The notes under the pieces were generated by a model, which saw only the letters and a program-made list of their open reading frames with translations, ran no database searches and was not told where the DNA came from. Positions 40,594 through 50,870 of a DNA stretch of 64,000 nucleotides are shown piece by piece. Source of the stretch: an uncultured Actinomycetota bacterium. GTDB taxonomy: Bacteria > Actinomycetota > Actinomycetes > Mycobacteriales > Mycobacteriaceae. The stretch spans positions 5,009 to 69,008 of the forward strand of contig CAVXMI010000007.1 in assembly GCA_963763005.1 (NCBI GenBank), given 5' to 3'. The position numbers and the translations under genes are program-made. Numbering within the stretch: the first letter of the stretch is position 1; the number at the start of each line of letters is the position of its first letter.

Positions 40594-41028
40594 GTGGTCG
40601 AGATTCACTTGGAGCGGACCATCGCTGCGCCTGTGGAACAGGTCTTCGACTGGCTGGCCGACCCGGCCAATTTGGCCGCCGCTCCGTTGGTTCTCAAAGC
40701 CGGTTACGCGAAGGACTCCTCGGCGCCCGGCGCGGGCGCGGTTCGTGAGGTGATCGCGGTCGGCACGCGGTTCCGGGAGGAGATCACAGCCTATGATCGG
40801 CCGCGTAGCTATTCCTACCTCATCGTCGCCGCGTTCCCGCCGTTCAATCACGAGGGCGGCACATTGACGTTCACACCGTCGGGCGACCGCACGCACGTCG
40901 ACTGGCTGACCACCTACACCCACCCGGCTCGTGCGGGAGGCAAGCTCATGGAGGCGGTCAGCCGTCCGCTGCTGCGCTCGAGCTTTCTTGCGATCCTGGC
41001 TGCCTGCGCGAAGACGCTCGAGAGCTAG
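40594..41028 (+). CDS. SRPBCC/START-like ligand-binding protein
   Basis: IHLERTIAAPVEQVFDWLAD...GAVREV...EEITAYDRPRSYSY. Confidence 0.88.
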   Translation: MVEIHLERTIAAPVEQVFDWLADPANLAAAPLVLKAGYAKDSSAPGAGAVREVIAVGTRFREEITAYDRPRSYSYLIVAAFPPFNHEGGTLTFTPSGDRTHVDWLTTYTHPARAGGKLMEAVSRPLLRSSFLAILAACAKTLES

Positions 41029-41190
41029 GGCCAACGCGCGTGCTGGCGCGGTCGCAGTTTCATCGGCGAAAACGCAATCGCCTCGGCGCCCGCAGTGCAA
41101 GACTTCCTGTATCTGTCCAATGCGGCCGGCGCGGGGTCGGCCGGATTGGCCGGCAGTCGAGGGCCGCTCAACGCTGAGAGAGGATCGCCC

Positions 41191-41979
41191 GTGGTGCGCG
41201 CTGATCGTGCCCGTTCGCGCACGTTCATCGTGACGGGCGCGGCGTCGGGCATCGGTCTGGCCACTGCTCAGCGCCTGTTGGACGATGGCGGCACCGTAAT
41301 CGGCGCCGATCTGGCGTCCCCGCCGGACCTTGGCCCGCGGTTCACGTTCGTGACGGCCGATGTGACCGACGAAGCCGCGATCGCCGCTGTACTGGCTGCC
41401 GTGCCCGACCGGCTCGACGGAGTCGTTCACTCCGCCGGGGTCGCCGGCGGCGGCCCGGTCCATCTGCTCCCGCGAGCGGAATGGGATCGGGTGATCGGTA
41501 TCAACCTCACCGGCACGTTCCTGGTGGCCAAGGCTGCGCTGGCCAGGATGATCGAGCAACCCCGGGCCGACGGCGAGCGTGGCTCGATCGTGACCCTGGC
41601 CAGCATCGAGGGCCTCGAAGGCACGGCAGGCGGTAGCTCTTACAACGCCGCCAAGGGTGGGGTTGTGCTGTTGACCAAGAACATTGCGCTCGATTACGGG
41701 CCGAGCGGCATCCGGGCGAACGCGATCTGCCCGGGCTTCATAGCAACGCCGATGGCCGAAAGCGTCTTCGGCATGGGGGGGATGGAGGGTCCGCTTGCCT
41801 CGATCACCAAGGAGCATGCCCTGCAACGGCTGGGGCGGCCGGAAGAGATCGCGGCCATGGCGGCGTTTCTGCTGTCACCCGACGCCTCCTTCGTGACCGG
41901 TCAGGCTATTGCCGTCGACGGCGGCTACACGGCTGGTCGCGATCATGATGTGGTTGCGCTCTTCGGCTTCCCCGACTGA
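41191..41979 (+). CDS. Short-chain dehydrogenase/reductase
   Basis: [18 protein letters not shown] and [11 protein letters not shown] motifs. Confidence 0.92.
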   Translation: MVRADRARSRTFIVTGAASGIGLATAQRLLDDGGTVIGADLASPPDLGPRFTFVTADVTDEAAIAAVLAAVPDRLDGVVHSAGVAGGGPVHLLPRAEWDRVIGINLTGTFLVAKAALARMIEQPRADGERGSIVTLASIEGLEGTAGGSSYNAAKGGVVLLTKNIALDYGPSGIRANAICPGFIATPMAESVFGMGGMEGPLASITKEHALQRLGRPEEIAAMAAFLLSPDASFVTGQAIAVDGGYTAGRDHDVVALFGFPD

Positions 41980-42094
41980 TGGTCTGCGACCACGATCGGC
42001 CCGGCGTACCGTCAATCGTGTCTGCGTTCGGGCCGGTGCTCAGGCATCGCAATCGGCGATAGGAAAGCCCATGACTTTGACGGCCGAAGTGCCT

Positions 42095-42240
42095 GGTCGT
42101 CTGCGCGGCGCGGCTTGCGCAGGATCTCCCCGGCGGAATGCCGCTTGCGACCAGCCATGATGCTCATCGTCCCGGCCAGCGCACCATGGGGGCCACAGGA
42201 CTGTAAACCAGCCGGACTCATTTGCATGGGACACGCCACC
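42095..42240 (-). mobile_element. IS3-family left-end remnant (start of orfA)
   Basis: The minus strand encodes MAGRKRHSAGEILRKPRRAD, similar to mycobacterial IS3 OrfA N-termini (RKRHSxEDIVRKLRRAD), and is cut off after about 20 codons. Confidence 0.55.
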
Positions 42241-42343
42241 GGCGGTGGTAATCCTCTCGCGAGGGGGCCCGGTTGAGAGGTCAGTTGGGCGACTCACCGG
42301 GGATCAACGGCGTGTGCGTGCAGTCGTCGCTGGCCGGAGCCTA

Positions 42344-43186
42344 ATGGGCTTCGACGCCAAGCTACGTCTCCGGCGAGCCCTGGGACACGTGTCCAGGCTG
42401 GTCGACACCTTCGGTGAGCAAGCGTTCTTCTACGCCCAGGCGGTACAGCTGGTCCCGCTCGCCCTCGTTCGCTACCGCAGAGAGACGTATCGGCTGATCG
42501 CCGAGATGTCCCTGGGCACCGGCGCGTTGCTGCTAACCGGGGGAACGATCGGCGTGGCGGTCTTGCTCACCCTCGCGTCGGGCGGTGTCCTCGCGGTGCA
42601 GGGCTACTCGTCACTGGGCAACATCGGCATCGAGGCGTTGACCGGCTTCCTGTCGGCGTTCCTCAACGTCCGCGTCGTGGCGCCGGTAATAGCCGGTATC
42701 GCACTCGCGGCGACGATCGGCGCGGGCAGTACGGCGCAACTGGGCGCGATGCGTGTTGCCGAGGAAATCGACGCTCTCGAGGTGATGGCCGTGCGGTCGA
42801 TGTCCTATCTGGTCTCGACCCGGCTGATCGCCGGCCTGGTGGTGATCATCCCGCTGTATTCGCTTGCCACCCTCGCTGCCTTCGCTGCGGCGCGGTTGAC
42901 CACCCTCTACATCAGCGGGCAGTCGAGGGGGCTCTACGACCACTACTTTGAGACGTTCTTGATCCCGACGGATTTGCTGTGGTCGTTTCTGCAAGCCATC
43001 GCGATGTCGATCGCGGTGATGCTGATACACACCTACTACGGCTACAACGCCGGCGGCGGCCCAGTCGGTGTGGGAGTCGCCACCGGCGACGCGGTGCGGT
43101 TGTCGTTGATTGTCGTGGTGGTCATCACCTTGTGCATCTCACTTGCCGTATACGGTGCGTCCGGGAACTTTGATCTCTCCGGGTAG
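42344..43186 (+). CDS. YrbE-B (MlaE-family) permease of an Mce transporter, orphan
   Basis: LGNIGIEALTGFLSAF, GSTAQLGAMRVAEEIDALEVM and HTYYGYNAGGGPVGVG motifs. Confidence 0.92.
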   Translation: MGFDAKLRLRRALGHVSRLVDTFGEQAFFYAQAVQLVPLALVRYRRETYRLIAEMSLGTGALLLTGGTIGVAVLLTLASGGVLAVQGYSSLGNIGIEALTGFLSAFLNVRVVAPVIAGIALAATIGAGSTAQLGAMRVAEEIDALEVMAVRSMSYLVSTRLIAGLVVIIPLYSLATLAAFAAARLTTLYISGQSRGLYDHYFETFLIPTDLLWSFLQAIAMSIAVMLIHTYYGYNAGGGPVGVGVATGDAVRLSLIVVVVITLCISLAVYGASGNFDLSG

Positions 43187-43253
43187 CTCGCAGCGCAGCG
43201 ATCGCCACGGTGCTGAAGTGCCTGCTGCGCTCGCCGGCCCCGGTGGGTCGGCC

Positions 43254-43350
43254 GCTCCGCTCGAGCTTCCGCGTGATCCTCGATGGCTGCGCGAAGGCAC
43301 TGGAGAGCTCTTTGGCTTCCCGGAGTGATGGTCTGAGGCCGCGATCGGTG
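43254..43350 (+). repeat. Fused degenerate copies of the SRPBCC 3' end and SDR 3' end
   Basis: 43254-43308 resembles 40971-41028, and 43308-43348 (CTCTTTGGCTTCCCGGAGTGATGGTCTG) resembles 41958-41999 (CTCTTCGGCTTCCCCGACTGATGGTCTG). Confidence 0.7.
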
Positions 43351-43363
43351 ATAAGAAAAGCCC

Positions 43364-44548
43364 ATGACGTCGACAACCGAAGTGAGTGACCAGGTCGTTG
43401 CGTTGGCTCGGGGAATGCGGGAGCTGGTGCGGGCCGAGGCCGGCGAATCCGAGCGCAAACGTACGCTCACTGGCGCGATCGTCGACGAAATGTGGGCCAC
43501 CGGACTGATGTCGGCGTTCAATCCTGTGGCGGCCGGTGGTGTGGAACCGTCGTTCGCCGAGATGATCGAGACGTGGATCGAAATGGCTTGGCAGGACGGT
43601 TCGTTCGGGTGGATTGGAATCGCGAACCTGCCGTCGTCGTTCGCGGCCGCGACATACCTTTCCGATGAAGGTTTTGCCGAGGTGTTCACCGCTCACGACA
43701 ACCACGTCACGATGGGCGGCCAGTTCTTTCCCAACGGACAGGGGGCCGCTGTGGAGGGCGGTTACCGGTTGAGCGGATCGTGGAGCTTCGGATCGGGCAC
43801 CGGTCATTCGCAATACATCGCTGCCGGGTTTTTCCCGATGGACAACGGCGAGATGCGCTGGGTCAGCGAAGGCATCCCCGACATGCAGATCGCCGTGGTT
43901 CCACGGGACGACATCCAATTCAACGACGGGTGGTATGTGCAGGGGCTCAAGGGAACTGGATCCTATGACTACAGCGCCGAAGACGTGTTCGTTCCCCAGC
44001 GCCGGACGTTTCCGTTGTTCGCCCGCGACCCGCACCGGGGTAGTTCGCCGGCCACCCGGATGGGACTGATGCCGGTGACAGCCGCTGGACACGCATCGTG
44101 GGCACTGGGGGTCGCCAAGAGCATGCTCGACGATGTCGCCGAACTGGCGGCGACGAAATATCGGATGAGCGACATGGCGTCGTTGGCCAGTCGGCCGACC
44201 TTTCAGAAAGGACTAGCGCACCACGTCGCGGCATGGCGCGCGGCTCGTCTTCTGGTGCTCGACGCCTTCACCACTGCCGAAGCTGCCGTTGCCGCCGGTG
44301 CAGACCTGACCCCGGTCCTGCGGGCCGACATGCGCGCGGCCGCTGTCTACGCCACTGATACGGCCCGAAGCTGTGCGGAATGGGCTCATCTGGTCGCAGG
44401 AACCAGCTCGATCCGCGAGGGCAGTCGCCTCGAACGCGCGTTCCGTGACATGTACACCGGAACCCAGCACGCCTTCATCAGCGAGAAGGTCGCCATCGAC
44501 TCGGCGCAGATCTGGCTCGGCATCGTCGAGGACCAGTTCGGGCTCTGA
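43364..44548 (+). CDS. Flavin-dependent monooxygenase, acyl-CoA dehydrogenase fold (HsaA/NcnH-like)
   Basis: DGSFGW, GYRLSGSWSFGSG, W.VQGLKGTGSYD and LERAFRD motifs. Confidence 0.88.
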   Translation: MTSTTEVSDQVVALARGMRELVRAEAGESERKRTLTGAIVDEMWATGLMSAFNPVAAGGVEPSFAEMIETWIEMAWQDGSFGWIGIANLPSSFAAATYLSDEGFAEVFTAHDNHVTMGGQFFPNGQGAAVEGGYRLSGSWSFGSGTGHSQYIAAGFFPMDNGEMRWVSEGIPDMQIAVVPRDDIQFNDGWYVQGLKGTGSYDYSAEDVFVPQRRTFPLFARDPHRGSSPATRMGLMPVTAAGHASWALGVAKSMLDDVAELAATKYRMSDMASLASRPTFQKGLAHHVAAWRAARLLVLDAFTTAEAAVAAGADLTPVLRADMRAAAVYATDTARSCAEWAHLVAGTSSIREGSRLERAFRDMYTGTQHAFISEKVAIDSAQIWLGIVEDQFGL

Positions 44549-44573
44549 GTCGCCAGGTGATCGGCTCTGGGGT

Positions 44574-44630
44574 GCTGCGGTCGAGCTTTCTTGCGATCCT
44601 GGCTGCATGCGCGAAGGCATTGGAGAGTGA
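44574..44630 (+). repeat. Third copy of the SRPBCC gene 3' end
   Basis: GCTGCGGTCGAGCTTTCTTGCGATCCTGGCTGCATGCGCGAAG... nearly identical to 40971-41028. Confidence 0.8.
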
Positions 44631-44737
44631 GCAAGCCGGTGGTGGGGCCCCGGAAGGTTCCTCAGGTGCGTAATTTACAGTTGTGCGTAGCGAGGTAAAT
44701 CCGGTTAACGTTACCAACATTGAGGAAATAGTTCTCC

Positions 44738-45466
44738 ATGAATGACCACGCATTGGCCGCACGGTTGGCCACGGAGGCGGGCCGGCTGCTGCTCGGAGTT
44801 CGAGAGGAATTCGCCGATGCCGACGCGAGCGAGCGGAAAGCGGCGGGGGACAAGCGATCGCATGACTTTCTGATGGAAGCGCTCGGCAACGAGCGGCCTG
44901 ACGACGCGGTGCTGTCCGAGGAGGGTGCCGACGACCCGGTGCGATTGCGCTCTGAGCGGGTGTGGATTGTCGATCCGCTCGACGGCACTCGTGAATTCTC
45001 GGAACTCGGACGTGATGACTGGGCAGTTCACGTCGCGCTCTGGCAATCCGGTGATCTCGCTGCGGGCGCCGTGGCGCTGCCGGCGCAGGGAATCACCCTG
45101 GCGACACCGCACGTCGCGCTACCCCCTCCCGCACCGGACAAGCCCCGCATCGTGGTATCGCGCACCCGCCCACCCGCCATCGCGCTGGCTGTCCGCGACG
45201 CGTTGGACGGCACACTGGTGGAAATGGGTTCCGCCGGAGCCAAGGTGGCATCGATTGTCCAAGGCTTGTCCGATGTATACGTCCACGCCGGAGGCCAGTT
45301 TGAATGGGACTCAGCTGCGCCGGTAGCGGTCGCCCGATCGGCCGGTTTGCACACCTCCCGCATCGACGGTTCTGCGTTGGCGTACAACCAGCCGGATCCG
45401 AAGCTGCCGGACCTGGTGGTATGCCGTCCTGAGCTTGCCGAAGCCGTACTCGCTGTCACCGGCTGA
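44738..45466 (+). CDS. cysQ: 3'(2'),5'-bisphosphate nucleotidase CysQ
   Basis: LSEEG, WIVDPLDGTREF, GSAGAK and EWDSAAP inositol-monophosphatase-family motifs. Confidence 0.92.
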   Translation: MNDHALAARLATEAGRLLLGVREEFADADASERKAAGDKRSHDFLMEALGNERPDDAVLSEEGADDPVRLRSERVWIVDPLDGTREFSELGRDDWAVHVALWQSGDLAAGAVALPAQGITLATPHVALPPPAPDKPRIVVSRTRPPAIALAVRDALDGTLVEMGSAGAKVASIVQGLSDVYVHAGGQFEWDSAAPVAVARSAGLHTSRIDGSALAYNQPDPKLPDLVVCRPELAEAVLAVTG

Positions 45467-45611
45467 GATACGACCGCGGAGCCGCAACTCAGCAATGGAC
45501 AATTTGTAGGGATGACGACGGCTTCTTCGCCCGCGCGGTCCTCGAGCAGGGATTGCGTTGGACCCGGCAGGAGATCGAATGGGCCAACTGGGTCACCGAC
45601 ACGCTGACCCA

Positions 45612-46835
45612 TCAACTCCTCGGCTGATTCCCGGGTTCCCGGAGGTCGCGGAGTGCCCTACCCATCCGCGATAGGGCCTCGACCAGAATGGCTTGGGAGG
45701 TCGCGAAATTCATGCGTACGTGCCCGGCTCCACCAGTTCCGAACACATGGCCGGAACTGAGCGCGACCCGCGCGTGATCGAGGAACCAGCGGGCCGGCCC
45801 GGACAGATCGGATACCACCGCAGGCCCTTCGGCGACCTCGTCGTCGAAACCCAGTGGCCGGCAATCCAGCCACGCGAGATAAGTGCCCTGCGGCCATTGA
45901 TATTTCACCCCCGGCAGGTGCTCGGCGACCAGATCGCCCAGCAACGTTCGATTGCTGTCCAGACCCTGCAACAGCGCGTCGAGCCAGTTGCCGCCGGTTC
46001 TGAATGCTTCGGTGTGCGCGATAACGCCCAGGTGGCTGGGCCCGTGACTGACCTCTTCAGGCATCCGGCGAAGGTCGGCCGCCGACTCGGGACCGGCAAT
46101 GGCCAGCGCTGCCTTGATTCCGCAAAGGTTCCACGCCTTGGAAGCCGAGGTCAGCGCGAATGCGTTTTCTGCGCCGGGGACGCTCAGATACGGGGTGAAT
46201 CGCGCCCCGGACAGGATGAGCGGGGCGTGAATCTCGTCCGACACCACCCGGACACCGAACCTTCGGGCATGTTGCGCGACCCCGCGCAGTTCGTCGGCGG
46301 TGTGTACCGACCCAGTCGGGTTGTGTGGATTGCACAACAGATATGCAACGTTGCCGCCCGAACCACAGGCACGCGAGAACGCTTCTTCTAACGTGTCCAA
46401 GTCAATCCGGCCGTCGGGCCCCAGCGGCGCTTCGGCAACTCGGCGGCCGTCGTGTGACACGAATGCGTAAAACGGCGCGTAGACAGGCGAGTTAACGATG
46501 ACGGTGTCACCGCGATCGGTGAGCAACCGCAGCATCTCAACGACACCCAGCATGACGTCCGGAACGATCGCGGTGCGGCCGACCTCCAGGTCGTGCCACT
46601 GCCAACGCTGCGAAGCGAATTCACTGACCGCTTCGGCATACCCGGTTCCGTACGGATATCCGGTATCGCCGTTGTCGACAGCTCGATGGATGGCATCGGC
46701 CACGGTCGGCGCAAGGTTCACATCCATCTCTGCGACCCACAGCGGCAGGACATCCGCCGGGTGTGCACGCCATTTCATGCTGGTCCGGCCTTGTAGTTGC
46801 TCGAGCGTTAGCTCCTCGAGCGGGTTAGGCGTCAC
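45612..46835 (-). CDS. MalY/PatB PLP-dependent cystathionine beta-lyase-like enzyme (Rv2294-like)
   Basis: SMKW...[23 protein letters not shown] and SASKAWN motifs. Confidence 0.92.
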   Translation of the reverse strand: MTPNPLEELTLEQLQGRTSMKWRAHPADVLPLWVAEMDVNLAPTVADAIHRAVDNGDTGYPYGTGYAEAVSEFASQRWQWHDLEVGRTAIVPDVMLGVVEMLRLLTDRGDTVIVNSPVYAPFYAFVSHDGRRVAEAPLGPDGRIDLDTLEEAFSRACGSGGNVAYLLCNPHNPTGSVHTADELRGVAQHARRFGVRVVSDEIHAPLILSGARFTPYLSVPGAENAFALTSASKAWNLCGIKAALAIAGPESAADLRRMPEEVSHGPSHLGVIAHTEAFRTGGNWLDALLQGLDSNRTLLGDLVAEHLPGVKYQWPQGTYLAWLDCRPLGFDDEVAEGPAVVSDLSGPARWFLDHARVALSSGHVFGTGGAGHVRMNFATSQAILVEALSRMGRALRDLREPGNQPRS

Positions 46836-46889
46836 TGCGGGACTCACGAGCAACTACGTTAGCGGCCAACCCGATTCGTACGCACTCAC

Positions 46890-47460
46890 CCAGTGACAAA
46901 CGCGTTCGTGGGGATAGTCAAGGGCAAGTCCACCGAATTCAGCAGGCCAGGTCATGCGGCAACGACATGCGGCACGGCGTTCACAACGCGCATGGCGGTC
47001 GCGACCATCGCGCCTGCCCGGACTTCATGGTTGCGATTCCGGCGCGACGGGGATCCCGGATAGTGGCCGCCAGAGTGCAGTCGATATCAGGGTCACCGGT
47101 GATCACGATTCGATAGGACAGATCGCCGATGCCGGTCGGCCAGTTGGGGGCAAGGCAGGTGACGTGCTCGATGACGAAGTCTTCGCGGCCATCGACCACA
47201 CCGATCGCCGCCATTCGCAGCGCTCCACAGGTGCCGGCCTCCACGGTGCCCATCGCCACATCCAGCGTCGGGTTGGTGATCGCACGATCGAATTTCTCGC
47301 GGACGTGTTGGACCCCGATTCCTGACGCGTACAACGACACCTGTCCCTGCTCGGCCGCGACGGCCAATTGGTCGTGCCACTCGGCAAGTTGGTAGGCATG
47401 CGGATTGACCAGACGAGTGGTGCTGGACGTGACGACGTTAATCCGGCTTCGAGCAATTCG
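46890..47460 (-). pseudogene. Deleted paralogue of the DapB-like dehydrogenase at 58353-59456
   Basis: ORF 46981..47367 contains QGQVSLYASGI fused to VREKFDRAITNPTLDVAMGTVEAGTCGALRM...GDPDIDCT; flanks match the NVVTTSTTRLVNPH and C-terminal segments. Confidence 0.8.
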
Positions 47461-47479
47461 CTACTGAACTTCATCCGGG

Positions 47480-47610
47480 AAACCACGCGCGACCTCGAGT
47501 TCTTCGGCATGCACCCGGCCCGCGTGGAGAGCACCATCATCGTCAATGTGCTCATGGACCGATTGCCGGGACTTCGCCTGGATCCTGACGCGCCGAGATC
47601 ACCGATGCAG
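47480..47610 (+). pseudogene. Cytochrome P450 C-terminal remnant
   Basis: FFGMHPARVESTIIVNVLMDRLPGLRLDPDAP resembles the post-heme CLGMHLARME...LLDRLPxLRLD segment; the Cys is missing. Confidence 0.55.
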
Positions 47611-47614
47611 GTGA

Positions 47615-48694
47615 CTAGTATTTGTGGCGGGCCATATTCGGCCCGCCCCGGCTATTGTCGCCGTCGTCCGACACCAAGGCGGGCACCATTTCACTTGTCA
47701 CCAACCCGTGGTCCCGGGTCAGTTCGTCGACCACATCGAACGATTCGGCGATGTTATCGGGGGTATCAATGACGATGGTGACGACGGGGACTTGACGGCT
47801 CAGCGAAAGCAGCGTGTCACCGTGGGGTTGATGATCGCCGTGGAAGCCCCAGATGCCGCGTAGCACCGTCGCGCCGTCGGGCGTTTCGCGCTGGTAAAGC
47901 CGCCGGATGATGGCCCGGTGAATCGGTACGCCCTCGTGCCGTGCCGATTCGGAAGTGTAGATCGTCAACTTCTGCCACAGTGGTAGACCGCGTTCATCGG
48001 TCGCCGGCAAGGCATGCGGCCGTTCCAGCAATTCACCGTCGCGCTTGCACACACGGACTCGTTCAAGGGTGAGCACGGGCCGCCGGATCAACCCACCTAG
48101 CTCGGGCAGTACCCGACCGATGAGCTCGCCGGTGCCCACGGCAATGATCATCATCGGGACGTCGGCATTGCGGCCGAAGAACATGGCGCGTTGTCGCTGT
48201 CCGCGTGCGGTGCCATCGACGCCGAGGAACACTGACGCGCCGGCAAGTTGGCGCCGGTACATCAGGTCACATATGGCTATATGGGCGGGAACACCATAGA
48301 TGCGGTCTTTGCGGCCGACATAGATCGTCAACTTGACGGCTTCGTGCAGTTCGTCCGACAGTTCGAGCGGCCCGATGTCCCCACGCAGCATCCGGGCACG
48401 TTCGATGGTAAGCAAGCCTCGTTGCTTGATGGCAAGAACTGGGTCGAGCAGTGCCTCGATCTTTGTTCTGGTGTCCACACCTATGACCACCACAGGCGGG
48501 TCCTCGGACAGCGTCAGAGACTGATCGGTTCTGAGGTGGCGCCCTGTCCCGAATCCCGCGGCGCCGCGTAGCACGATGCTGCAAGCAATGCGGCGCTCTT
48601 GGTAGAGGCCGAGCAGCACATCGGTGAGAAAGCCGTCTTCGTTTCGTCGCCGCTCGCCCAAATAGGCGCTCACCTTCAGGCAATCCTCATCCAT
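47615..48694 (-). CDS. DUF190 (PII-like) repeat protein
   Basis: SIVLRGAAGFG...LSLSEDPPVVV-type repeats, LTIYVG/LTIYTS and ATVLRGIWGFHG. Confidence 0.85.
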   Translation of the reverse strand: MDEDCLKVSAYLGERRRNEDGFLTDVLLGLYQERRIACSIVLRGAAGFGTGRHLRTDQSLTLSEDPPVVVIGVDTRTKIEALLDPVLAIKQRGLLTIERARMLRGDIGPLELSDELHEAVKLTIYVGRKDRIYGVPAHIAICDLMYRRQLAGASVFLGVDGTARGQRQRAMFFGRNADVPMMIIAVGTGELIGRVLPELGGLIRRPVLTLERVRVCKRDGELLERPHALPATDERGLPLWQKLTIYTSESARHEGVPIHRAIIRRLYQRETPDGATVLRGIWGFHGDHQPHGDTLLSLSRQVPVVTIVIDTPDNIAESFDVVDELTRDHGLVTSEMVPALVSDDGDNSRGGPNMARHKY

Positions 48695-48809
48695 TGCCGC
48701 TCCTCAGGCCCTGCCGTGTAAGAGTTTTCAATACGCCCGCGACTTGTCGTCGTGGTTCCCGAATTCGCGGACAACGCATGGACGGAAGCATGGTCAATTC
48801 GGCGAACCC

Positions 48810-49805
48810 CTAAGGCCCGTGGTCGCTCTGATCCACCAGGACCGCGCCGTCGGGTCGATCCCCGAGCGTTTGCAGGGCGCAGTCCTCACCTGCGGCGGTG
48901 AGGCGCACAATCTGTGCCAATTCCCCCGGGGCGTCACATTGGAGGTAGTGGTCGGCGTTCGGCAACACCCAGTAGCGGCTTCGACCGGGCTGATTCTTCA
49001 CATATGCCTGCCATACGTGGTTGCAGACACGCAGCGGCGCGACGCTGTCGTGTAGCCCCCAGACCAGCGTGGTATTGACCGGTATCTTGGAAAGTTCTTC
49101 AAGCCAACGGGTTTCATCGGCGGCGCGCTCATGCAGATACTGAATGGTGTCTGGCAGCACCCGGATCCCGTCGTTGTGCGCAAAACACTTCGCCAACGCG
49201 GCGATCTCGGGGTCGTCCAGTGCCCGCCGCGGGATGAAGGTGCTCGCTCCCAGGCCGGCCGCCAGCAGCTCCGGCGTCGTCGCAGCGGCGGTGGCTCGCC
49301 CTGTCGCCGCGTCGAGAAGCGCGGTTTGGAATGCGGTGAGGTTCGACAGGGGAAGGTAGATGTTGGCGTTGGTGATGATGACGTCGACGGGCAGCGCCGG
49401 TGGGTCTTCGGCGGCCAACATGCCCAGCGCGATCATGCCCACACTGCTGCCGCGATCGTGGGTGAGCATCCGGAATTCGGTCAGCTGCCACACCTGCGTG
49501 ATCGCGTGAACGAGCAGACGCGCGTCGTCGTACAACGAGTAGACGTACGGCTCCGGCGGCTTGTCGGACAATCCGTAGCCCGGAAAGTCCAGTACGAAGA
49601 TGTCGAACTCTGAGCTCAGTTCACCCGCCAAGGCGAAGTAGTCGATGCTCGATGTCGGGAAGCCATGAACACACACCAGTGCCGGTGCCCCGGGTGTGCC
49701 GCAGCGCCGGCTGAACACGCTGACTTCTGTTCCGTCGTTGGCGGCGGTGGTCGACCGCCAGCGCAACTCGGTACCGCCGCTCTGCCACTCCGCGAAGATG
49801 TCCAA
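48810..49805 (-). CDS. Alpha/beta hydrolase (MEST/epoxide-hydrolase-like)
   Basis: CVHGFPTSSIDY, LDFPGYGLSDKP, HDRG nucleophile elbow and DHYLQ; start codon TTG. Confidence 0.87.
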   Translation of the reverse strand: MDIFAEWQSGGTELRWRSTTAANDGTEVSVFSRRCGTPGAPALVCVHGFPTSSIDYFALAGELSSEFDIFVLDFPGYGLSDKPPEPYVYSLYDDARLLVHAITQVWQLTEFRMLTHDRGSSVGMIALGMLAAEDPPALPVDVIITNANIYLPLSNLTAFQTALLDAATGRATAAATTPELLAAGLGASTFIPRRALDDPEIAALAKCFAHNDGIRVLPDTIQYLHERAADETRWLEELSKIPVNTTLVWGLHDSVAPLRVCNHVWQAYVKNQPGRSRYWVLPNADHYLQCDAPGELAQIVRLTAAGEDCALQTLGDRPDGAVLVDQSDHGP

Positions 49806-49846
49806 GGTGCCAGCATCTCAGAGTCGCGATTAATTTCAATAGGGTC

Positions 49847-50197
49847 ATGAGTTCTGTCCCGGTGTCTGACACGATGACCGGGTGTCCTCACACACAAACC
49901 AGGCCCTCACCCGCAGCGGGGCCAAGCCTGCACCAGTTGAAGACTCCGCGGGCGGCGGTCCTGGCGGGGGTTCTGTCGGGCCTGCTCTTCGCGGCGGTAG
50001 TGATCCTGATCCGCGTCAAGATGCTCGAGGGAATGGGCGACTCGACGCAATGGCTCAACTCTGAACAAGGCGCCATCCTGACCGCGACCAAGCTGATGCC
50101 CTTCGCCGGGATCACCTTCTTGCGGTTCATCGGGGTGGTGTGGGATGGCTTCGGGCGCTTCGAGGATCGGTTTTTCGCGACGGTTGATCCGCGCTGA
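49847..50197 (+). pseudogene. Membrane protein, probably truncated
   Basis: LKTPRAAVLAGV...LMPFAGITFLRFIGVVWDGFGRFEDRFFA ends abruptly where recalled family members continue. Confidence 0.5.
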
Positions 50198-50242
50198 ATT
50201 CATCGACGAGCAACGGGCGAGCCACGATTGAGCAGGTCGGTG

Positions 50243-50860
50243 TCAGCTTGGCGTTCGGATCGCCTCGATAAAGGGCGCAAGTACGCGCGCTATCGCCGTT
50301 GCGGCGTCGTCATCGGTCGGTGGTAGGGCGAGAAAGCTGAGCGAGGCGCGCGCGATCGTCTGGCCGAGCACGTTCGCGTCCTCGAAACTGGCGCGCACCC
50401 AGCTTCGCTCAAAGATCTCGGCGAGCTGTTCTGCGGCATAGTCGACGATGAACTGACTTTCCACCGTGATCATCCGGAGCAGATCGTTGGGCGCGTCTTC
50501 GGTTCGTAGCGCCCGCACCAGAGGATCACTGTCCGCGAGGTCGAAGAATTCACTGAAGGCCGATCGCAGGGTGCCATAGGCGTCGTCAGGATGGGCATGG
50601 ACCGCAGCCTCCATACCGGTGACGATGCTGTCGGTGAGCCGCAGGGCATAACTGCGTGCGAGTCCATGTCGGGTACCGAACTCGTTGTAAAGCGTGCCCC
50701 GACTGATCTCCGCCGCCGAGGCAACATCAGCCATGGTGATCGACGACCACTTCCGTTCCAGAAGCAAACCCTGCATCGCGTCCAGAACCCCGCTGCGCAT
50801 CAACGCAAAGGCGCTGTTCTGATACGGGCTGCGGTTTCGCGGCGGTGTCGGCTCAACCAT
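50243..50860 (-). CDS. TetR-family regulator of the alkB cluster (AlkX/Rv3249c-like)
   Basis: WSSITMADVASAAEISRGTLYNEFG; last gene of the alkB-rub unit. Confidence 0.88.
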   Translation of the reverse strand: MVEPTPPRNRSPYQNSAFALMRSGVLDAMQGLLLERKWSSITMADVASAAEISRGTLYNEFGTRHGLARSYALRLTDSIVTGMEAAVHAHPDDAYGTLRSAFSEFFDLADSDPLVRALRTEDAPNDLLRMITVESQFIVDYAAEQLAEIFERSWVRASFEDANVLGQTIARASLSFLALPPTDDDAATAIARVLAPFIEAIRTPS

Positions 50861-50870
50861 GCAGCCGAGA

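Noticed and set aside
40144-41826. 560-aa minus-strand ORF
   Set aside because: Antisense shadow of the SDR and SRPBCC genes; only its last part is real (the methyltransferase N-terminus).
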